44,690 nt of DNA from Mycobacteriales bacterium (GTDB taxonomy: Bacteria; Actinomycetota; Actinomycetes; JALYNC01): contig JBPCOB010000133.1 of NCBI GenBank assembly GCA_051000715.1, forward strand, positions 1 through 44,690. Direction: 5' to 3'. The notes below the pieces were generated by a model. The model saw only the letters and a list, made by a program, of their open reading frames with translations, did no database searches and had not been told where the DNA came from. Below are positions 38,155 to 44,690 of this stretch, piece after piece. Every line of letters starts with the position of its first letter. Position 1 is the stretch's first letter. The position numbers were made by a program, and so were the translations under genes.

Positions 38155-40172
38155 CGCGGGTGACGATCCGCACCGGGTCGGACACTTTCGTCTCCTCGAC
38201 GCATCCCTCGACGGAGTACGGGTCGGCCGACCGGTTGCTCGTCGACTCCGGGTCGGCGTACGGGCTCACCTATTTTTCGGTGCTTCCGGCGGTCCCGCGT
38301 GGGGCGACGGTTACGTCTGCGACGTTGCGGATCCGGCAGTTCCGTGCCTGGCCGGGGACTCGGACGATGCTGGTGCGGACCGTGCAGGAGGCGTGGAAGG
38401 CGACGCGGGCGAACTGGAACAACAAGCCGGCGGCGGCCGGTCTGCCGGTTTCGTCGGTGACGAAGACGGGCAGCGGCGACGGTGATGCGTGGGATTTCGA
38501 CGTGACCGCCGATGTGCAGGCGATCGTCAACGGTGCCCGCAACTTCGGGTGGCGACTGTCCACCGACGACACGACGCCGCGCTATGTGCGGGGCTTCACG
38601 GCTGCGGCGTGGAAGCCAATCCTCATCGTCGACTACGCGGTCACCCCGGACCCGCCGGGGGATTTGTCGCCCGCGTTCGGCGCGGTCTCCGTCGACAAGC
38701 CGGTGTTGCAGTTCGGCTACTCGGCGACACTGGCACTGTCCTCGGTGCAGGTGCAGATCGACCCGGCGGGGAACTTCACAGCACCCGCCTGGGATTCCGG
38801 TGAGGTCGCTACTACGTCCGCGCAGCTCGACTTGGCGAGCTTCATCAATGCCCGTACCGCCTCGGTCACCACTACGGTGGCGTCCACGGCGGTCACCGCC
38901 CCGGCCGGGACGTTCTCTACCCAGCTCGATGTGGGCATGTCCATTACCGGCACCGGCATCCCTGCCGGTGCCACTGTCGCCTCAGTGCAGAGCGATACCG
39001 CCGCCACCTTGTCGGTGGCGGCGTCGGCGGCCGGTACCGTGAACGCCACTATCACCCGGCGATACCTCGGCCTGGCAGTGGGCGCGTCGACGCAGTGGCG
39101 GGCGCGGGTCCGCAATGCAATGGGGTGGTCGCCGTGGTCGAGCGCGGTGACGTTCTCGCGGGTCGCGAAGCCGCCGCTGGCGATCACGAACCCACCGGCC
39201 GCGCCGAACAATGTGCTCAACGACGGGACGCCGCCGATCATCTGGACGTTCCCGGGTCAGGCCGCGTACCGTGCGCTGCTGCGTGACCCCGCCGGGACGA
39301 TCGTCGACGACTCGGGCTGGACGCCGGGTGCGGCTACGGAGTGGACGCCGACGCGGGGCGCGACCCGCTCGGGCCAGACATACTGGGTCGAGGTCCGCAC
39401 CCGGGACGCGGTGGTCCGGGAGGCAACCCCGGGCGACCCTGACCACGCGTATGCGCGCGCCGATTTCACTTTCGAGTTCTCGGCGACCGTGGCCGGTCCG
39501 GCCACTTTGGATGTCACTCAGGATCCGCCGGCGCCGTGGGTCGACCTGCGGTGGACGGATACCGCGCTCCCCGACTCGTGGGCCATCGTTCGGGACGGCG
39601 AGGTCATCGCCCGCCTAGAACGGGCCGACGTCCCCAACAACACGTGGACGGACTGGACGGCGGCGCCGAACCGGCAGCACACGTGGCGAATCGCGCGCGT
39701 CGTCAACGGCCGTCTGTCGGCTGGTGGCCCCACGGTGACGATGACACCGACCGTGAAGGGTGTGTGGCTCGCTGACCCGGCTGACTCGACTCGGCAGGTA
39801 CAGCTGGTCGGCACAGATGACCTTTCCTTCAACGCCACCGACGACGCGGCCGTCTACAACCCGATCGGCGCCTCGGCGTCGGTGCGGGTGGTCTCTGGCA
39901 TCCGCGGCCCGGAGGGGTCCGGGGCTGGGATCTTGTATGACGCCTACGGGCGCACTGCACTCGCCCAGGACGCTGCCCTGAATGCGATCAAGGCGAACCC
40001 GGCGACGCCGGTGCGGCTGGTCACCGCAGACCTGAACATTCCGGCCACGGTCGGCAATATCGTGATCGGAGCCCGGCGGCACGGTACCAACCAGACGAAG
40101 ATCGTCAAGACGGTGGCGTTTGACTTCTGGCAGCAGCCCGGTCCTGAGATGCCGTTCACCGTGGTCTTGTGA
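38151..40172 (+). CDS. distal tail protein (Dit-like C-terminus) with N-terminal DNRLRE-type domain and Ig/FN3-like middle
   Basis: The N-terminus is TGSDTFVSSTHPSTEYGSADRLLVD...YFSV...GATVTSATLRIRQ...WKATRANWNNKP. The C-terminal ~200 aa resembles siphovirus Dit. Confidence 0.6.
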   Translation: MTRVTIRTGSDTFVSSTHPSTEYGSADRLLVDSGSAYGLTYFSVLPAVPRGATVTSATLRIRQFRAWPGTRTMLVRTVQEAWKATRANWNNKPAAAGLPVSSVTKTGSGDGDAWDFDVTADVQAIVNGARNFGWRLSTDDTTPRYVRGFTAAAWKPILIVDYAVTPDPPGDLSPAFGAVSVDKPVLQFGYSATLALSSVQVQIDPAGNFTAPAWDSGEVATTSAQLDLASFINARTASVTTTVASTAVTAPAGTFSTQLDVGMSITGTGIPAGATVASVQSDTAATLSVAASAAGTVNATITRRYLGLAVGASTQWRARVRNAMGWSPWSSAVTFSRVAKPPLAITNPPAAPNNVLNDGTPPIIWTFPGQAAYRALLRDPAGTIVDDSGWTPGAATEWTPTRGATRSGQTYWVEVRTRDAVVREATPGDPDHAYARADFTFEFSATVAGPATLDVTQDPPAPWVDLRWTDTALPDSWAIVRDGEVIARLERADVPNNTWTDWTAAPNRQHTWRIARVVNGRLSAGGPTVTMTPTVKGVWLADPADSTRQVQLVGTDDLSFNATDDAAVYNPIGASASVRVVSGIRGPEGSGAGILYDAYGRTALAQDAALNAIKANPATPVRLVTADLNIPATVGNIVIGARRHGTNQTKIVKTVAFDFWQQPGPEMPFTVVL

Positions 40173-41314
40173 TTCCGCTCGGGCTGACGGCCGCGGAGTT
40201 GCCGTTGTTCCATGCTGCACTGACCAGGTCGCACACGTTTACCTTGGACGTGGACGTGCTCGACATGGAGCAGAAGCCGGTGTCGTCGCTGTCGCCGGTG
40301 GTGACCGATGGTCAGGTGAACCTGTCCGACGACGGCGAGGTCACCCGGTCGTTGTCGATGACTTTCCTTGACCCGACGCGGTCGTTGCAGCTCGACTCCG
40401 ATTCGCCGTCTGATGGTGCGCTGTATGCGGATCGGATGATTTCGGTGCGGCACAGTATCCGGGTGCCGGAGCTGGGCCGGTCGGTGAGCGTGCCGGTGTT
40501 CTGCGGGCCGTTGGTGAAGTTCGACCGCACCGGTAGCGAGGTGTCGGTGGAGGCGCAGGGTAAGGAGTCTCTGGCGAAGGACGATGTGCCGACGTTGGTG
40601 TGTCGGGCCGGGATGCTCACGGTCGACGCGATCCGCACGATCCTGTCCGAGCGGTGCGGGGAGACGTTCTTCGCATTCCCGGCCAACGTCCGGGCCCGGC
40701 TGGGCAAAGACGTCACGGTCGGGGAGGCCGACGAGCTACGGCCGTGGGTCGTGTGCCTGGCGCTGGCGAAGAGCCTGGGGATGCAGTTGTTCTACGACGG
40801 GGCGGGGACGTGCCGGCTGCGGAAGATCCCGGTGTCGCCGGTGTTCGAGCTGCTGGCCGACGCGGATGGCGCGAACATCACCGCGCCGGTCGCGATCAGC
40901 CATGATTTCACCGAGATCCGGAACCGGGTGCTGGTGACCGGCGCACCGGGGATCACCGCGGTCGCGACGGCTCCGGCGTCGCATCCGTTGTCGCCGACAC
41001 GGCTCGGCCGCAACGGCGTGCCGCGCCGGAAAACCCTGTTCTACGAGGACGACAAGTTGACTTCTCGCGCTGCGGCGCAGGCGGTCGCGAACCGGGAGCT
41101 CGGCCACTATCTGGCGGAGACCATCGGGGTGTCGTGTTCGATCGTTCCGGCGATGCACCTGGATGTGCTGGACCTGGGCCGGATCACCACCAGGGATTTC
41201 GCGGCCGAGTTCCGGCTGCGGTCCGCGTCGATGCCGTTGGGGACGGGTGGCGACATGACGATCGGTTGGCAGACGCGGGTGTCGAGGCCGAGGGAGAGGA
41301 TTCGCCTTGTCTAG
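40169..41314 (+). CDS. minor tail protein (baseplate hub/Tal-N-like)
   Basis: ORF 40169..41314 with GTGA overlap. Supported by its position after Dit. Confidence 0.6.
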   Translation: MIPLGLTAAELPLFHAALTRSHTFTLDVDVLDMEQKPVSSLSPVVTDGQVNLSDDGEVTRSLSMTFLDPTRSLQLDSDSPSDGALYADRMISVRHSIRVPELGRSVSVPVFCGPLVKFDRTGSEVSVEAQGKESLAKDDVPTLVCRAGMLTVDAIRTILSERCGETFFAFPANVRARLGKDVTVGEADELRPWVVCLALAKSLGMQLFYDGAGTCRLRKIPVSPVFELLADADGANITAPVAISHDFTEIRNRVLVTGAPGITAVATAPASHPLSPTRLGRNGVPRRKTLFYEDDKLTSRAAAQAVANRELGHYLAETIGVSCSIVPAMHLDVLDLGRITTRDFAAEFRLRSASMPLGTGGDMTIGWQTRVSRPRERIRLV

Positions 41315-44021
41315 TGGGCTGTGCACGTCGGTGGAGGTCCGGTATCCGGGGTCGCACCTGGTCGCCGATGTGGCGGCGGGTGTGGACGCGTTGCCGGTGG
41401 ATCAGGTCTCGGCGTTCTCGGAGACCGGCGGGCGGCTGCTGGTTGACGGCCTGACGCTGGACTACACGGGCGTCGACGTGGACACCGACGAGGTGTTCTT
41501 GGGTTTCCCGTTGCAGGTGCCGGTTTCGGCGGACGATCCGGTGTCGGTGCTGCATGATGACGGGTCGGCGTGGGTGGAGCATGTGGCGAATGTGTCACTG
41601 GACGAGGATGGCGACGACGTGCCGGCGACGATCCCGACCGCGTTGGTCGGCTACTTCGTCGAGGGTTTCTACGATCCGCCGGTCCGGGTGGAGGTGTCGC
41701 TGGATTCGGGCACGTATGTAGTGTCGTCGCGGCCGGGGCAGTCTCCGGTGTTCGACGGCTCGGTGATCGACCCGGCGACGTTGCCGGCGATGCAGCCCCC
41801 ACCCCCACCTGATCCGCCGCTGGCATCCCCGGCCCCGTCGGTGCGTGGCGGCATCGGTGCGTTGGTGGTGTCGTGGCCGGAGGTCGGCGGCGTCCTGGGT
41901 GTGACGGTCGACGTCTACGTGTCGGTCGCCACGCCGGTGCCGGCGACGGCGGCGAACCTGGTGGCGTCGGTCGCTGGTGGCGGCCGGGGTCTGTTGTTTG
42001 TGCGGTCGTTGACGGACGGGACGCCGGTGGTCGCGGGCACCACGTATCACGTGGTGACTTCTGCCCGCAATGTCTCCGGGACGGCGCCGGTCTCGGTGGA
42101 GGCGTCGGGGAGCCCGGGGCTGGTCACGAGCACCGATGTGGCCGCGAACTTGGTGACCTCGAACATGCTGGTCACCAACTCGGCGCTGATCGACGCCCTG
42201 CAGGTGACGGGGATCGACGCGGGCACGATCCGCACCGGGGTGCTGAATGCGCTGCGGTTGTCGGTCGGTGCGGTAACGGTGAGCGCTCTGGACAACAGCC
42301 AGTTCGAGGACCCGGTTGTCGCCGCTGACGGCACGGTGAATCCGGACAGCTTCGCGGGCTGGATGCTGGCCAGCACGGTGGCGGGGACGAGCCTGGCCGC
42401 GCAGACGGCCGCCCCGATCGGTGGTACCCGGTCGGCGCGGGTCACGTTGGCTGATGCGGTGGCGTCGCAGCGGTTGATCTCGTCGCGGTCGAAGCCGGTC
42501 ACGGGTGGGCAGCGCTACGAGATCGCGGCGAAAGTCAAGGCGACCCGGACGGTGGACACCTCGGCGGCGACCGGTTCGCCGGTGGCGACTCTGACGATGC
42601 ACACGGCGGCACCGGGTGGCGACCCCTCGGTGCCGCCGCAGGCTTCTCCGGAAGTCATCTGGACCGATGTGGTGCTCGCCCAGACTTTGGCCGCCGGCGT
42701 CGCCACGGACCTGTCCGGGGTGGTGAGCGTCCCGGCGGGGCACACGCTGATGCGCTGCTCGATCACCGCGACGGGGCCGAACGATGCCGGTGCGGGCTGG
42801 TCGCTGGACGTGGACGAGTTCTACGCCCGGCCCGCGCAGTCCGGGTTCACCATCACCGACCCGGCGACCGGTGGCACCAGCGCGGAGATCACCGACCAGG
42901 GCGACGCGACGTTCCACGACGTGACCATGGAAGGCGCCCTGTTCACGTCGGCGGATGCGATCGACCTGGGTGGTATCAGCCTGGCCGACACGCTTGCTGC
43001 TTTGCCGCGTGCCGATCTGGCGTCCGGGTCGATCACGGTCAACATCGCCGGGATCACCGGCACCCGGTACGGGCTGATCGAGCTGCCGGTCGACCTGCCC
43101 GATGACGCGTTGACCCGTAACTACCACGTGACGGTCGCCGGGTATTTCCTGGCCTCACAGGCCGGTTCTACGGTCACTCTTGATGTCAGGGATAGTGGTG
43201 CCGCGGTCCCGACCGCCACCGGCCCTCAATTGGAGACACCGAGCTCGTTTCTGCAACAGTTGATGCCGGCGAACTCAAACACGGTCGCAGTCACCGGTGC
43301 GTTCATTTGGCGGCCCACCACCCTGGGTCGGCACCGGCTGCTGCTGACCTGTCGGTCGCTGCAAGGGGGCACGGCCGGAATCAGCGCGCTCTACACTGCG
43401 TCGATCATCGTCGCCGACGGCGGAGCACGGACCGCGAACACCGGGATAGCGAACACCGGCGGCGGGGTCCTCGCGACGGGCGGCTCCAACACCACGCCGA
43501 CGCCGGTCCCCGAGACGCAGACCTACACGCGCACCTTCAACGCGACCACGAGCTCCTGGTTCAAAGGCTCCGGTCCGAAGTCGGGTGCAAATCCGGACTC
43601 GAACTTCTTCGGCAACCCCGGCAGTGTCGCGGACGGGCGGCGAGCGACCGCGATCTGGTTCGACGACGCCGCGATCCGGACGGCACTCGCCGGCGCCACG
43701 ATCACCCAGATCGAGTTCTACGCGTACCTTTTCAACGGCGGGTCGAACCGGACCGTGACCATCGGGATGCACGGCGACTCGATCGTGCGGACCAACTATT
43801 TCGACATCCTCGGCCGCACCCCCGACATTCAACGGTCCGCGAACTGGGACTCCGGCTCATCCCGCTGGGTGACGTTGCCCACGACTCAGGGGTTCGCGAC
43901 AGGCAACGTCAGAGGTGTCCTGCTCACCGCGCCTTCCGACGCCGCGGTCTACACCGGCGGCATCTACTCCGCCGCCCGGACGCACCTGTACCCGCGGGTC
44001 CGGATCACCTATCAGAAGTGA
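41307..44021 (+). CDS. minor tail protein/receptor-binding fibre (904 aa)
   Basis: ORF 41307..44021 with a TTG start. It has a Pro-rich linker PPPPPDPP, a beta-rich repetitive middle and a C-terminal jelly-roll-like domain. Confidence 0.65.
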   Translation: MSSGLCTSVEVRYPGSHLVADVAAGVDALPVDQVSAFSETGGRLLVDGLTLDYTGVDVDTDEVFLGFPLQVPVSADDPVSVLHDDGSAWVEHVANVSLDEDGDDVPATIPTALVGYFVEGFYDPPVRVEVSLDSGTYVVSSRPGQSPVFDGSVIDPATLPAMQPPPPPDPPLASPAPSVRGGIGALVVSWPEVGGVLGVTVDVYVSVATPVPATAANLVASVAGGGRGLLFVRSLTDGTPVVAGTTYHVVTSARNVSGTAPVSVEASGSPGLVTSTDVAANLVTSNMLVTNSALIDALQVTGIDAGTIRTGVLNALRLSVGAVTVSALDNSQFEDPVVAADGTVNPDSFAGWMLASTVAGTSLAAQTAAPIGGTRSARVTLADAVASQRLISSRSKPVTGGQRYEIAAKVKATRTVDTSAATGSPVATLTMHTAAPGGDPSVPPQASPEVIWTDVVLAQTLAAGVATDLSGVVSVPAGHTLMRCSITATGPNDAGAGWSLDVDEFYARPAQSGFTITDPATGGTSAEITDQGDATFHDVTMEGALFTSADAIDLGGISLADTLAALPRADLASGSITVNIAGITGTRYGLIELPVDLPDDALTRNYHVTVAGYFLASQAGSTVTLDVRDSGAAVPTATGPQLETPSSFLQQLMPANSNTVAVTGAFIWRPTTLGRHRLLLTCRSLQGGTAGISALYTASIIVADGGARTANTGIANTGGGVLATGGSNTTPTPVPETQTYTRTFNATTSSWFKGSGPKSGANPDSNFFGNPGSVADGRRATAIWFDDAAIRTALAGATITQIEFYAYLFNGGSNRTVTIGMHGDSIVRTNYFDILGRTPDIQRSANWDSGSSRWVTLPTTQGFATGNVRGVLLTAPSDAAVYTGGIYSAARTHLYPRVRITYQK

Positions 44022-44076
44022 GGCAGCCAGTGAACACCGCGTGGCGCATCAGGACCGCTCGCCGCAAGGCGGCCCG

Positions 44077-44690
44077 GTGAAAACCCAGGAGGATGGCCAG
44101 GCTGACCTCACCGCCGACGACTACGCCGATCGCGCGACCCGCAACGAGGGGCGCCTGGTCGGCCTGGAGCGCCTAGTCGCGGAGACCCGCGAGTCCGACC
44201 GAAAACTCACCGAGCAGCGGTCCGAGTCGCTGGCCCGCGAGTTGGAGCGGCGCGCCGATGCCCTGCGGGAACTGGTGACGGCCCACGCCGACGCCGTGAC
44301 CAGCCTCGGGCGGGAGGAGCGACGAGCCGACCGTCTCCATGTGGAGACGGTCACCACTGAGGCCGAGAAGCGCGGCCAGCTGGCGCTCGGACTTCTCCGC
44401 GAGGTCTACGACACCGCGCTCGAAAAGAATTACGAGCAGTCCCGCGAAGCAATCACCGGCCTTGAGCAGCGCCGCACTGCCGAGGTGGCCAAAATTGAGC
44501 AGATGGTCCGCCAGTGGCGCGACTCTGACCGCGAGGCACGGGAGTTGTTCGCCGCCGAGCTGGCCCGCCACCTGGACGCGCTGAACCACAACAACGAGCG
44601 GATGCGGGAGTTCCAGACAAACTCGGTTACCCGTGAGCTGTGGCAGTCGGAGAAGGATGCTGCAATCACCCGCGAAGGACTCCTGCGTGA
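44077..44690 (+). CDS. tail-anchored coiled-coil membrane protein, N-terminal part (continues at base 128 after removing the overlap; ~300 aa total)
   Basis: GTG 44077 (alternative GTG 44041) opens a frame with no stop to the window end. It is in phase with ORF 39..416 and encodes a charged heptad-like sequence (LERLVAETRESDRKLTEQRSESLARELERRADALREL...). Confidence 0.65.
   Translation, partial: MKTQEDGQADLTADDYADRATRNEGRLVGLERLVAETRESDRKLTEQRSESLARELERRADALRELVTAHADAVTSLGREERRADRLHVETVTTEAEKRGQLALGLLREVYDTALEKNYEQSREAITGLEQRRTAEVAKIEQMVRQWRDSDREARELFAAELARHLDALNHNNERMREFQTNSVTRELWQSEKDAAITREGLLR
44564..44690. repeat. terminal overlap copy B (identical to 1..127)
   Basis: See copy A. Confidence 0.95.

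Overview
The window is a complete, circularly closed genome of a high-G+C temperate siphovirus-type actinobacteriophage. Bases 1-127 repeat exactly at 44564-44690, so the unique length is 44,563 bp. About 70 protein genes are tightly packed, many with ATGA/GTGA start-stop overlaps. I found no rRNA, no complete tRNA and no CRISPR array. Circular gene order is as follows. (1) A probable cos region (24007-24151) is followed by small and large terminase, portal, ClpP-like protease/scaffold, decoration protein and major capsid. Then come connector proteins, major tail protein, tail chaperones G and G-T (-1 frameshift), a 1566-aa tape measure and three distal tail proteins (to 44021). (2) A tail-anchored coiled-coil membrane protein reads across the junction (44077 to 416). 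(3) A fragmented lysis region holds a papain-like peptidase, an HNH, a 3-gene antisense operon with a near-consensus promoter, an EEP-GH25 fusion lysin and a holin. (4) Three late accessory genes follow, including a 663-aa Ala/Thr/Arg/Ser low-complexity protein, then paired terminator hairpins. (5) Leftward MmpS-like and HNH-like genes come next. (6) Two convergent tyrosine recombinases are followed by a leftward repressor and a divergent Cro/Xis-like gene. (7) A long rightward early operon carries an MT-A70 methylase plus small nuclease, WhiB, a RecE-like/RecT pair, a resolvase-like nuclease and a second DNA methylase interrupted by an HNH cassette. It also contains an iteron-rich lower-GC patch, small ORFs and a terminase-associated HNH. 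The most notable observations are these: a tRNA 3'-end mimic (putative attP) inside the repressor ORF, with AAA-tailed repressor and integrase (integration-dependent immunity layout); a second complete tyrosine recombinase; the split methylase with an in-frame TGA; the EEP-GH25 lysin; and the promoter-driven antisense operon inside the lysis region. Functional calls rest on motifs read by eye from the ORF track. No database search was possible.
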